Under the pieces are notes generated by a model that was not told where the DNA came from, did no database searches, and saw only the letters and a list, made by a program, of their open reading frames with translations. The translations under genes and the position numbers were made by a program. Shown here one piece after another: positions 1 to 12,897 of a DNA stretch of 64,000 nt (its first letter is position 1; every line of letters begins with the position of its first letter). Origin of the DNA: Squalus acanthias. Taxonomy: Eukaryota. Location of the stretch: the NCBI GenBank assembly GCA_030390025.1, contig CM059425.1:175152001-175216000 (forward strand). The letters run 5' to 3'.

Positions 1-590
1 TTACTGCAATTATATAAGGCCCTGGTGAGACCACACCTGGAGTACTGTGTACAGTTTTGGTCTCCTTACCTAAGGAAGGATATACTTGCCATAGAGGGAG
101 TGCAACGAAGGTTCACTTGACTGGTTCCTGGGATGGGGGCATTGTCCTATGAGGAGAGATTGAGTAGACTAGGCCTATATTCTCTAGAATTTAGAAGAAT
201 GAGAGGTGATCTCATTGAAACATACAAAATTCTTGCAGGGCTTGACAGGGTAGATGCAGAGAGGATGTTTCCCCTGACTGGGGAGTCTAGAACCAGGGGT
301 CACAGTCTTAGAATAAAGGGTTGGCCATTTAGGAGTGAGATGAGAAATTTCTTCACTCAGAGGGTGGTGAATCTTTGGAATTCTCTACCCCAGAGGGCTG
401 TGGAGGCTCAGTCGTTGAGTATATTCAAGACCCAGATCGATAGATTTTTGAATATTAAGTGAATTGAGGGATATGGGGATAGTTCAGGAAAGTGGAGATG
501 ATGTAGAAGATCAGCCATGATTTTATTGAATGGCGGAGCAGGCTCGAGGGGCCAAATGGCCTACTCCTGCTCCTATTTCTTATGTTCTTA
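1..590 (+). mobile_element. CR1 LINE 3' fragment (ORF2 C-terminus and 3' UTR)
   Basis: ORF 133-462 has YEERLSRLGLYSLEFRRMRGDLIETYKI...FFTQRVVNLWNSLP, the typical CR1 ORF2 end; ends in a TTCTTATG-type tail. Confidence 0.9.
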
Positions 591-592
591 TA

Positions 593-710
593 ACATGGAC
601 TACAGCGGATCAAGGCGGTGGCTCACCACCACCTTCTCAAGGGCAACTGGAGAATGGACAATAAATGCTGGTCTTTTTGGTGATGCCCATAATCCTGAGA
701 ATAAATATTT
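593..710 (+). mobile_element. 3' tail fragment of the second CR1-group LINE family ('family B')
   Basis: Matches the 3' end of the elements at 11505-12606 and 48791-52033 (GCTCACCACCACCTTCTCAAGGGCAA...CAATAAATGCTGG). Confidence 0.75.
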
Positions 711-799
711 TTTTAAGTCTTTTTTTGTTCCATTTGGATCTTGATGTATTTTAATTTTAGGAATGTTCTACAAAAATTTGGATGTCATGGTCTAAATTT

Positions 800-1181
800 T
801 GTTTTTATTCGTTCATGGGATGTGGGGTCACTGGCAAGGCTGGCATTTATTACCCATCCCTAATTGCCCTTGAGAAGGTGGTGGTGAGCCACATTCTTGA
901 ACCCCAGAGTGTAGTTAAGAGTCAACCACATTGCTGTGGGTCTGGAGTCACATATAGGCAGATTTCCTAAAGGACATAAGTGAACCAGATGGGTTTTTAC
1001 GATAATCCAGTAGTTTCATGGTCACATGGTACTGATACTAGCTTTTTATTCCAGATTTATTTAATTAACTGAATTTAAATTCCCCAGCTGCCGTGGTGGG
1101 ATTTGAACTCTTATCTCTGGATCATTAGGCCAGGCCTCTGGATTACTAGCCCAGTAACAGAACCACTATGCTACCATACCC
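800..1181 (-). mobile_element. tRNA-headed short element (SINE-like internal-deletion derivative of family B LINE)
   Basis: Minus strand starts GGGTATGGTAGCATAGTGG (A box), has arm CTGGG-CTAGTAA-TCCAG and B box GAGTTCAAATCC, and is fused near 903 to the family B 3' tail. Confidence 0.8.
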
Positions 1182-3964
1182 TCATTGTTGTAAAAACAAA
1201 TATTGGGACATGATTTCTCCGCACAAAATATTTATGTACTTGAAAAATTGTGTGGCTTTAGGTAGAACAAATCAGTAATATATTATGTCTTTTGTGACTA
1301 AATACAAAGGTGAAAAATTGCTCCAAATAATATACACAATCTCTGTTGCAAACTGAGTTACAATTGAGAATCATATCAGATTAGGGGGAAAAACGTTCAA
1401 TTTCACTAATTCAAGTGCACAAATTACTTTTTTTTGTGATAGTGGAGTAACTGAAGTACGAGCTGAGCCCAATAAATATAACTGCTCCAGTGGTGATGTA
1501 TGCAAATAAGGACACACTCCCCTGCATCCATTTTGTATTGTACCATTCAGGCCAATGAGAGAGAGGTATATTCACTGCATTTTTAAGTGGTAAATGAGCC
1601 TAATACAGCATCACTGTACATGTCTGATCAAGCCACTTTTCATGGTGATTTTTTTGTTGTTTATTTTAAAGGCTGTCTTTGTTTTTTTGTGGATTCAAAG
1701 TGACTTGTGCAAATGTTCTAATTCCAGTTGTAAAATTACCCAAGAGCAAAACTGGTTGTACAGATAGGAAAATATCAGTCATTGTGGATTTTTGTTTACG
1801 AACTGGAGCATTTGGATTACACCAGATGGATGAACTATGCATAACTTGATGCAGAATCTTAAAAGCCTTCACACACATTGTTTAAAATTATTGTGCCTGC
1901 TGCAAAACTTGAGGCCTTATCTGCTCCATTTTTATCAGTGTATTAATATTGCTAACTCAAATCCTAATCCACTTCTGATAAAATTAGATGGTTCATCTGA
2001 TTTTAGTTGGAGAAACAATTTGATTGCATTTTTAAAACTAGATTGACTTGTTAACAATAAATTGGTAGACTCTCCTTTTTCCTCACTGGTGCTTGAAAGT
2101 GTGTGTGCAGCCTTGAGTGTAGAATGCCACCTAAAACAAGCAGTCGTAGTTCACTAATAAAAAGTGTATTCAGTAGTTTAGTAATTTTTTAAAGATCTTA
2201 ATTAGGATTCTGATATTGCAAACAAAGCTTTTGTTATGAAATGCCACAATAGGTTTTTGTTTATAGTGGTGTAAACTGGTAGATATTTGCAGTGCAGAGA
2301 TGGGTTATTCCAATTTATAAATGTGTAGAAAAGTCGTTATAAAGCAGTACTCTTGAGACATCTGTACAATTTTTTAAAAAACAGATTAGTACTGGAAGAA
2401 AATTACCTAGTACAGTGAAGATAATAAATTGATGTCTACTTTCTGGCAAGTAAGCCATCTTTAGGCAAGTGTTTTTCTTTAAATGACTTTGTCAGTGGAT
2501 CAGGGGTTGTCTTGAAGTTTTTATTTTGGGTTTGGGGCAGGAGGGGAGGAACATGATAGGATTATTATGTACCAGTGTGCTAATACAATCTAAACTGAGA
2601 CCACATTGTTGGCTAAAATTACATTTAAAAACCAAATGTTATTTGGTTTGTTTATTTTTAGATTTTGCTTTCATTTGGCACTTTTGTGTAACAGACACAT
2701 AACTAGTACTGTGAAAGTATTTTAGCTTTGCTTTGCATTTCATGTTACATTGTATAAATGATTGAGTTGCAGCTTGTGAGATTAGTTCACTTTTTTTGCC
2801 GGTAGTTCACTTTTATACTAAAATTGCTCTGAGTTAGAAAAAGTAAGTGACAAATCATTTTGAATTGCATTTCACAAAAGTATTATGTAATATGATTTTA
2901 CAGTTTTATGGTCTTTGGCATATCTTGCTTTTTGGGAAATCTCTTAGTACTGCAAAATTGTATTCATCAATTTTACCTGTTCAAGTTTCACGAGAACAAA
3001 GTAACAAACCTAGATCTGTAGTGAAACAAATAAAGTGCTCCGACACAGTTTAAAAAAAAAACCCTTTGCATTAGGAGTGTCACCTGATAGTAACTATCAA
3101 TGGATTGATTTTTTAAAAATATAATTCGTTTCCATACCTTGGACATTAATGAAAGTATTGAGTATATAAAAATCAATGAAAGAATCAGTTTGCATTCTGA
3201 GTTATGTTTCCCTATTTTGAGCCTGATGCTTGTGTGTTTTTGTGTTCTGAACTGCAGCTGATACAAATTTGCTGCGTTTTAAACAATGTAATTGATCCTG
3301 TCTGGAAGCTCAAAGATTCCAAGCAACATTCAAATTTTGTACTGACTAAAGTGTTTGTGTGTATGTGTGTTTTTTTAATAAAATACTTTTTCCCTTTAGA
3401 CCCAAGATCATTGTTTGCATTTTAGGGAGAGGGGAGAAGAGAGATGTAATAAGTGTGTAGCTTCTATATTGCTCTCTCTTTTTGCAGTCGACACTGTCAG
3501 TTCAGTGATTCTATTAAGATGCCTGCATAAATGTTGAAGTTCACTTCTGCATCAAAATACAGAAAAGTAAAAATTTATACCAATCTTATGCTGGTGTGAT
3601 TAAACAAGCGCAAGGTACAGAAGTTATCTGCTGAGAGCCCGGTCAACAGTTCTAGTTCCTGCCACCAGCAGACTGAGGATCACGGGATCAATAATTTGCA
3701 TATTACAGCAACAGAAGCCGGACATTTGGCCCATTAGATTTGACCAGTGCTTTTCTCCATGTGAGCCACCCAATCTAAAACTACTCTCCTGCTCACTCCC
3801 CAAATACTTCAATATTCCTCTTTTTCAAGCAACCATCTAATTCCCTGTTTTAAAAACAATGGACTCTGTTCCAACAAAGGTTTATGGAAGTCAAGTCCAT
3901 ATTCTAAGCTTCTAACCACCCTTGTATAAAGAAACTATTTTCTAACCTCCCCTTTAATTGGTTT

Positions 3965-5655
3965 ATCAAGCTCTATCGGGCCACACTCCTATGCCCAAAC
4001 TCCACACAACTCCCAGGATCATCCTGGAAAGCAAAAATAATCCCACAGCTTCTTTTCTCCAATATCAGCTGTCTCTCAACTTCTCCCTGCCCCCTCCTCT
4101 CTTTTCTCTCCAACAAGTATGAGGAGCTCATGAAATTTATCCCTAAGACCTTCTGATCAGCTGCCTCTGCTGTTCCCCCTTGCTTTAGTGTTTCTCTCGT
4201 TTCTTTCCTGTCTCCCTTTTATGCCGTCTCTGAACTCATCTTGTTCATGAGACCCTTCTGCTCTCTTGACTCCATTCCTACTAAACTGCTGATCACCCAA
4301 AATCCCTCCCTGATCCCCATGCTAGCTGACATTGTAAATGGTTCCCTCTGCTTAGGTAATGTCCCCCTCCTTTTCAAAACTATCATTCCCTCATTTATAA
4401 AAAAAAAAAATTCCTTGACCCCTCTGTCCTTGCAAAGTTCCACCCCATCTCCATTCTCCCTTTCCAAAGTTCTTGAAGGTGTTGTTGATCTCTAATCTGT
4501 GTCCATCTTTTCTGTAACTCCACATTTGAATTTCTCTAATCAGGTTTCTGCCCTGCCACAGCATTAAAATGGCACTGATCAATGACATTCTCAGTGATTG
4601 TGGTGCGTTTTTTCTATCCTCGATTTCTTTGCAGTCTTTGACATGGTTGACCACAACCTCCTTAAACGCCTTTCCTCTGTTGTCCAACACAGTGGAATTT
4701 TCCTTGTTTGGTTCTACACTTATCGTAGTCAGTGCATATCTAGCAATGGCTTCCCTTCCCGTCCCTGCACCGTTAACTCTGGAATCCCCCAGGGATCTAT
4801 TCTTAACTGCTACTCTTCCTTGTCTGCATGCTGCCCCTTTAGCTGCAGACATGGGGTCAGCTTCCAGAAGTGTGCTGATGACACCCAGGTCTACCTCACC
4901 ACCACACCTCTTGACCCCCTCCACTGCCTTTGTTGTCAGACTGCTTGTCCAATATCCAGTCTTGCATGAGCAACAATTTCCTCCCATTAAACATTGGGAA
5001 GACCAAAGCCATCGTCTGCTGCTCCTGCCACAAACTTCTATCCTCCTCAGCCATTGTCTCGAGCTGAATCAGACTTTGCAATCTCGGCATACTATTGGAC
5101 TCTGAGCGGAGTTTCCAACCGCTTGTACTCTCCATCACTAAGAATGCCTGCCTCAGCCCATCTGCCTCTGAAACCCTCATCCTTGCCTTTGTCCATCTCC
5201 AGACGTGACAATTCTGATGCTCTCCTGGCCAGCCTTCCACGCTCTAAACTTCAGCTCATCCTAAACTCTGCAGCCCATATCCTATCACATCAAGCCCTGC
5301 TTACCTACATTAGCTCCTGGTCCCCTAATGCTTCCATTTTAAAATTCTCACCCTTGTGTTTAAATCTCTCATTGGCCTCACCCCTCCCTTTTTCTAACCT
5401 CCTGCAGCCCGACATCTTTTTCTCCCCCACCCAAACTGTCCATTCCTATGATTGTGGCCCTATTGTGCATCACCCCCTTCACCCCACCATAGCTGTCTAT
5501 GCCTCATACTCTGGAATTCCTTTTCTAAAGCTCTCTGCCTCTCCTCCTTAAAACCCATCTCTGACCAAACTTGGTCATCCCTTCTAATATCCCCTTTGTC
5601 TTGGCATCCATATTTGTCTGATTACGTTTCTATGAAGCACCTTGGAACATTTTTT
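3965..5655 (+). mobile_element. L2-clade LINE remnant
   Basis: Frameshifted ORF2 pieces CSLDSIPTKLL, FDMVDHNLL, SGIPQGSIL, ADDTQVYL, KLQLILNSAAHIL; pyrimidine-rich sense strand. Confidence 0.8.
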
Positions 5656-5656
5656 T

Positions 5657-6802
5657 CATAGAATCATAGAATGGTTACAGCACAGAAGGAGGCTGTTCGG
5701 CCTGTCAAGCCCATGCTGGCTTTCTCTAAGTGCTCTTTAGCTAGTCCCACTCTCCCGCCCTTTCCCTGTAGTCCTGCAGTTTTTTCCTTCAGGTACATCT
5801 CCAATTCCCTTTTGAAAGCCACGATTGAATCTGCTTCCACCACCCTTTTTGTTGAGTTTTTTGATGAGGTAACAGAGAGGGTTGATGAGGGCAATGCAGT
5901 TGATGTGGTGTGCATGGACTTCCAAAAGGCGTTTGATAAAGTGCCACGTAATAGGCTTGTCAGTAAAGTTGAAGCCCATGGAATAAAAGGGACAGTGGCA
6001 GCATGGATACGAAATTGGCTAAGTGACAGGAAACAGAGAGTAGTGGTGAATGGTTGTTTATTGGACTGGAGGAAGGTATACAGTGGTGGTCCTCAGGGGT
6101 TGGTACTAGAACCACTGCTTTTCTTGATGTATATTAATGACTTAGACTTGGGTGTACAGGGCACAATTTCAAAATTTACAAGGTGACACAAAACTTGGAA
6201 GTAGAGTGAACAGTGAGGAGGATAGTGATAGACTTCAGGAAGACATAGACAGGCTGGTAGAATGGGCGGACATGTGGCAGATGAAATTTAACGCAGAAAA
6301 GTGCGAAGTGATACATTTTGGCAGGAAGAACGAGGAGAGGCAATATAAACTAAGGGGTACAATCCTAAAGGGGGTATATGTGCACAAATTGTTGACGGTG
6401 GCAAGGCAGGTTGAAAAAGCGGTTAAAAAAGCATACGGGATCCTAGGCTTCATAAATAAAGGCATTGAGTACAAAAGCAAGGAAGTTATGATGAACCTTT
6501 ATAAAACACTGGTTTGGTCTCAACTGGAGTATTGTGTCCAATTCTGGGCACCGCACTTTAGAAAGGATGTGAAGGCCTTAGAGAAGGTGCAGAAAAGATT
6601 TCTGAGAATGGTTCCAGGGATGAGGGACTTCAGTTACGTGGATAGACTGGAGAAGCTGGGGTTGTTCTCCTTGGAGCAGAGAAGGTTGAGAGGAGATTTG
6701 ATAGGGGTGTTCAAAATCATGAGGGGTCTGGACAGAGTAGATAGAGAGAAACTGTTCCCATTAGCGGAAGGGTCGAGAGCCAGAGGACACAGATTTAAGG
6801 TG
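5657..6802. mobile_element. CR1 LINE with inverted 5' part (3' tail on minus 5657-5845; RT segment on plus 5846-6802)
   Basis: CATAGAAT tail and 3' UTR in minus orientation joined directly to plus-strand DFQKAFDKV...INDLD...RRLRGDLI. Confidence 0.8.
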
Positions 6803-7231
6803 AGGCCGAGCTGCAGTTTCCCTCCACTTTTCAATGGCGTGGAACAGTACGCTGTACAGTACTTGAAGGAATTGAGAAAATGCCATCCTAGAAAGAGACT
6901 AACCTATTGCCAGGGGACTGATGATACTACCAGTTTTTAAATTCACTAATTTTGCACACAGCTGTTATTCCATGGATTATTTGAAGCAGTACAGCACTTT
7001 AAATGACATAGGGCTCCTGAGTAATACCATCATCCTAATAACCAGGACGTCAGCTGATAAATCAAAATCTTAAAAATAAAATGCGTGTGATTTTGAATGT
7101 AACTTTACCAATGAGCTAGGAGATAGTGGGGTATATGGCTCATTTAAAAATATCCTTGGGAAGTATCAAAATATTTGTTTTAAGAACATGATTACAATCG
7201 CTCTGCACAACTACTGAACTTGTGGTGTAAA

Positions 7232-7305
7232 TGAACAAAAAACTGAAAATGCTTGAAACCCTCAGCAGGTCCGGCAGCATCTGAGGAGAGAGAAACTGAG
7301 GTCAA
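7232..7305 (-). mobile_element. Short fragment of Penelope-like terminal repeat
   Basis: CTCAGCAGGTCCGGCAGCATCTG-AGGAGAGAGAAAC matches the left arm at 34809-34870 and the reverse complement of 38190-38250. Confidence 0.65.
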
Positions 7306-7502
7306 CCGAGAGCAAATTGAGCAAATGCCTCTGGGCCATAATTGTTGGCTTGAAAAGCATCATGGATTTTTTTACACTCAAGCTGCCAGGAGAGAGAAAA
7401 TGTGGCAGACTAACTGCAGCTTGCTAAATTCATCAAGGACAAATCTTCTTCAAACTTGCTTGCCATTGCAAAAAGAGATAAGGACAAAGGACGGCAGACA
7501 GC

Positions 7503-8040
7503 TCATAGAATCATAGAAAGTTACAGCCAGAAGGAGGTTATTTTGGTCCAGTGTGTCCGCGCCGGCCAACAAAGAGCTATCCAGCCTAATCCCACTTACC
7601 AGCTCTTGGTCCGTAGCCCTGCAGGTTAGAGCATCCCGAGTGCACATCCAGTACTTTTTAAATGTGGTTAGGGTTCCTGCCTCTACCACCCTTTCAGGCA
7701 GTGAGTTCCAGACCCCCACAACCCTCTGGGTGAAGAAATTTCCTCTCAAATCCCCTCTAAACCTCCCCCCAATTACTTTAAATCTGTGCCCCCTGGTTTT
7801 TGACCCCTCTGCTAAGGGAAATAGGTCCTTTCTATCCATTTTATCTATGCCCCTCATAATTTTATACACCTCAATAAGGTCTCCCTTCAGCCTCCTCTGT
7901 TCCAAGGAAAACAGACACAGCCTATCCAGTCTTTCCTCATAGCTAAGATTCTCTACTCCCAGCAACATCCTTGTAAATCTCCTCTGTACCCTCTCCAGTG
8001 CAAGCACATCTTTCCTGTAATGTGGTGACTAGAACTGCAC
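7503..8040 (-). mobile_element. CR1 LINE 3' fragment
   Basis: ORF 7450-8007(-) LERVQRRFTRM...RRLKGDLIEVYKI...WNSLP; CATAGAAT tail at 7503. Confidence 0.9.
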
Positions 8041-10924
8041 GCTGGAGAAAGAGTAAAACCATATCCATTTGTGCCCAGCAATGGACACGAGGAAGGATAC
8101 TGGGTATAAAACACCGAGGCTTAGTGATTTCCAGGAAGTCTACAAAGAGAAGATAGTTTGGGTTGAGAATAGACACATTCTGCTGAGGGGGAAAGGAAGG
8201 ACATTCAAAGCTGGAGCTCGCTGGCTGACTAAAGAAATAGAGGTTTAAATGACACTGATTAAGGAGGTTTATGATAAATGTCAGGTTCATAATACAGTAG
8301 AGAATCAAGCTGAATACAGAGAGTGCAGAGGAGAACTGTAAAAGGAAATAAAAGGGCAAAGAGAATGTATGAAAAGATTAGCGGGTAACATGAAAGGGAA
8401 CACTAAAGTATTTTTATAAACATATAAAGCGTAGAAGGATAGTCGACAGAAAGGTGAGGCCGAATAAGGACCAAAAAGAAAATCATCTTGTGGAGGCAGA
8501 AGGCATAGCTGAAGTACTAAATGAGTACTTTGCGCCTGTAGTCATTAAAGAAGAGGATGCTGCAGTAAAGTAGGAGGTAGTAGAGGAATTGGATAGGATA
8601 AAAATAGATACAGAGGAGGTACTAAAACAGTTGGCTGTGCTCAAGGTAGAAAAGTTACCTGGTCCAGATGGGATGCATTGTAGGTTCCTGAAGAAAGTAA
8701 GGGTGGAAATAGTGGAGGCTCTGACCACAATTTTTCAATCTTCCTTGCAGATGGGAATGGTACCAGAGGACTGCATGGTTGCAAATGTTACACCCCTGTT
8801 CAAAAAAGGGGAGAGTTAAACCAGGTAACTACAGGCCAGTCAGCCTAACATCGGTGGAGGGAAAACTTCTAGAGACAATAATCTGAGACAAAATTAATTG
8901 TCACTTGAAAGAACATGGGTTAATAAATGACAGCCAGCATGGATTTGTTAAAGGACATCGTATCTGACTAACTTGATTGAGTTCTTCTATGAAATAACAG
9001 AGAGAGTTGATGAAGGTAGTGTAGTTTATGTTGTGTATATGGACTTTCAAAAGGTGTTTGATAAAGTGCCACATAATAGATTTGTGAGCAGAATTGAAGC
9101 CCATGGGATTAAAGGGGCAGTGGCAGCGTGGATATGAAAATGGCTGAGAGAAAGCAGACAGTAATAGTGAACTGTTGTTTTTTACACTGGAGGGAAATAT
9201 AAAGTTCTGTCCCTCGGGTCAGTATTAAGTCCACTGCTCATTTTGACATATATTGGCCCAGATATTCCGATTGCAGGCCTCCCGCGGGTGGAGGGCTACA
9301 ATCTGGAAAAATCTGCGCCCTTACCTGAGGGCTCCCAGGAGGCACACAGTTCCGCTGCTGGGCCTCTCCAAACTGCCGGTGCGCAGGGCCCGCGTATCCC
9401 AGAGGTGCAGGTAGTTCGCAGCGTCCCTGGGATCACGTGGGCCATGGGGAGCCAATCAGAAAAGGGAATCTCCCTTCATACATTTGACAGGAAGACCTGT
9501 CAAATATATGAATGGAGATCACCCCGAAAACATAGTAAAACTTCAAATAAATTTATTTTTTTAAATCACATTTTTAAAATGACTTGAAATTACATAAATT
9601 AACTATTTTAAACAAAAATTTAAATTTTTGAAAAAATAATTAAAGTTTTTAACGGGACTAAAAATAAACTTACCTTTCTTTAAAGTATTTTTAAATGATA
9701 AATCAGTGGAAATTTTTTAAAAAACTTTTTTTCAACTCTTATCCTGGCAAGAATTGTAAGTGTTTTCTGCGGGTGGAGGGTCTCCAAAAAGTGGAACTAT
9801 CCGCCCGCAGAGGCCCTTCTCCCGGGTAGGTGGAGGATCTGTCAAGAGCTTTCTTGACCGATCGGAAATGCCGGTTTCCAGCGCATGCGCACTGCATGCC
9901 TGAAACCGGCATTTCCAATGTCCCTACGGGTGAGTACACAGCGCGTACCCACCCGTAGGGATCGGAATATCCGGCCCATGAATGACCTGAACTTGGGTAT
10001 AGGGGGCATAATTTCAAAGTTTGTGAATGACAGAAAGCTTGGAAATGTAGTAACCAGTGAGGAGGATAGTAGCAAACTTCAGGAGGACATAGAAAGACTG
10101 GTGAAATGGGCAGACACGTGACAGATGAAATTTAATGCAGAGAAGTGTGAAGTGATGCATTTTGGAAGGAAATACGAGGAGAGGCAATATAAACTAAATG
10201 GTGAAATTTTAAAGGGGGGCAGGAACATAGAGACCTGGTGGTTCACATACACAAATCTTTGACAGTGGCAGGACAAGTTGAGAAGGCTGTTAATAAAGCA
10301 TATGGGATCCATATGTTTATTAATAGAGGCATAGAGTACAAAAGCAAGGAAGTTATGATAAACCTTTATAAGTTAGCTAGACCTCAGCTAGTGTATTGTG
10401 TCCAATTCTGGGAACCACACTTTAGAAAGGATGTCAAGGCCTTGGTGAGGGTGCAGAGGAGACTTACCAGAATGGTACCAGGGATGAGGGAATTCAGTTA
10501 TGTAGAGAGACTAGAGAAGCTGGGATTGTTTTCCTAGAGCAAAGAAGGTTAAGGGGAGGTTTAATAGAGGTGTTCAAAATTATCAGGGGTTTTGATAGGG
10601 TAGATAGGGAGAAACTATTGCTGCTGGCAGAAGGGTCGGTAACCAGAGGATACAGATTTAAGATAATTGGCGAAAAAACCAAGGGGGAGATGAGGAGAAA
10701 TGTTTTTACTCAGCGAGTTGTTATGATTTGGAATGCATTGCCTGAAAGGGTGGAGGTAGCAGATTCACTAATAACTTTGAAAAGGTAATTGGATAAAAAG
10801 GAAAAATTTGCGGGGCTATGGGGGAAGAGCAGGGTATGGGACTAATTAGTACCTCTTTCAGAGAGCCGCACAGACACGATGGGCTGAATGGCCTCCTTCT
10901 GTACTGTATTACTCTATTCTATGA
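8041..10924 (+). mobile_element. 5'-truncated CR1 LINE, interrupted by a MITE at 9255-9977
   Basis: ORF2 motifs PGPDGMH, ANVTPLFKKG, QHGF, DFQK, NDL..ISKFVND, WNALP; TATTCTATG tail near 10915. Confidence 0.9.
9255..9977. mobile_element. Non-autonomous DNA transposon (MITE), PIF/Harbinger-like
   Basis: TIRs GGCCCAGATATTCCGAT (9255) and ATCGGAATATCCGGCCC (ends 9977); imperfect 3-bp TSD ATT/ATG; cleanly splits the CR1 YIND codons. Confidence 0.75.
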
Positions 10925-11504
10925 CAGTTGAGACAGCTGTGCAGATAGTGTCTACCTCTGATACAATGAATTCCATTGGTTCCCCAAACTTTGTGTTGGT
11001 GGTGAGAATGGAGGGGCTTCTTACTCAATGTGAAGAGGTGTTTGGGATTATTCTTGTTCTGGAGGATGATCCTGGATAAAGGGACAGGTATTCATTAAGC
11101 TGGTTGATTAAGCATCAGATGTGCTTCAATCTGTGTCATTTGACCTAAGGGCATGGAGATGGAAGCTTTATTCAGACGAACAGCCGGATATGGAGGGTGA
11201 TTGAAAGAGTCAAAGGTAAAACTAATGGAACCGTTGAGTAGATTAACAGAAGCAGCAGGGGAAGTTGTGAGTCAATTGGTGAGGAGGTTTTTTCCAGAAG
11301 CAGAGGGTGAGAATGGAGGGAGGGCAGGTTGTGAATTGAGCTGGCCTTGTCAGTGATTGAAAACTCAGACTAGATGAGGTCTCATTTGATGGCAAGGTCA
11401 AGGGGATGGCTGTGGGTGAGGGAGTTTACATGCAAAATGAGATTCAGTGAGCATGGGGGAACAGAAATCTGAGGAGAGAAGGCTATAAGAATTCAAGTGA
11501 ACAT

Positions 11505-12606
11505 TTTTAAAAATTTGTTTATGGGATGTGGACATCGTTGGCAAGGCCAGCATTTATTGCCCATCCCTAATTGCCCTTGAGAAGGTGGTGGTGAGCCGCT
11601 GCAGTCCGTGTGGTGAAGGTACTCCCACAGTGCTGTTAGCTAGGGAGTTCCAGGATTTTGACCCAGCGACGATGAAGGATCGGTGATATACTTCGAAGTC
11701 AGGATGGTGTGTGACTTGGAGGGGAACTTGGAGGTGGCGGTGTTCCCATGCGCCTGCTGCCCTTGTCCTTCTAGGTGGGAGAGGTCGCGGGTTTGGGAGG
11801 TGCTGCCGAAGAAGCCTTGGCGAGTTGCTGCAGTGCATCTTGTAGATGGTAGGCACTGCAGCCACGGTACGCCGGTGGTGGAGGGGGTGAATGTTTAAGG
11901 TGGTGGATGGGGTGCCAATCAAGCAAGCTGCTTTGTCCTGGATGGCGTCGAGCTTCTTGAGTGTTGTTGGAGCTGCACTCATCCAGGCAAGTGGAGAGTA
12001 TTCCATCACACTCCTTACTTGTGCCTTGTAGATAGTAGAAAGGCTTTGGGGAGTCAGGAGGTGAGACACTCGCCGCAGAATACCTAGCCTCTGACCTGCT
12101 CTTGTTGCCAGAGTATTTATGTGGCTGGTACAGTTAAGTTTCTGGTCAATGGTTACCCCCAGGATGTTGATGGTGGAGGATTCGGCAATAGTAACGCCAT
12201 TGAATGTCAAGGGGCGGTGGTTAGACTCTCGCTTGTTGGAGATAGTCATTGCCTGGCACTTCTGTGGCGCGAATGTTAACTGCCACTTATCAGCCCAAGC
12301 CTGAACATCGTCCAGGTCTTGTTGCATACGTGCATGGACTGCTTCATTATCTGAGGAGTTGTGAATAGCACTGAACACTGTGCAGTCATCAGCGAACATC
12401 CCCATTTCTGACCTTATGTTGGAGGGAAGGTCATTGATGAAGCAGCTGAAGATGGTTGGGCCGAGGACACTGCCCTGAGGAACTCCTGCAGCGATGTCCT
12501 GGGGCTGTGATGATTGACTTTCAATCACCACAACCATCTTCCTTTGTGCTAGGTATGACTCCAGCCAGTGGAGAGTTTTCCCCCCGATTTCCATTGACTT
12601 CAGTTT
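11505..12606 (-). mobile_element. Family B CR1-group LINE, 5'-truncated (RT domain and C-terminus)
   Basis: ORF 11554-12678(-) [48 protein letters not shown]. Confidence 0.9.
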
Positions 12607-12897
12607 GATTGCACTGAATGGCTTCTCATCTTCATTGGTTTCAAAGACTAGGATGGAGAATAGGAAGAAAGAAATCAATGTGGGGCCCAGGGAGGATTGT
12701 AGATGACCAGGACTTGAGAGGTGTGAGGAGGGAAGCGGGTAATGTACATCAATGAGAAAAAGGTGACAGAGGAGATGGGGAGAGTCCTAGTTGAAACATG
12801 GCAATGAAGGCACACAACAGCAACTATGATTTTGGCAAGGTGGGCAATGGGGTATATCTGATAAAGGGAAATAAATCATTGCTTGTAATTCAGGGTT

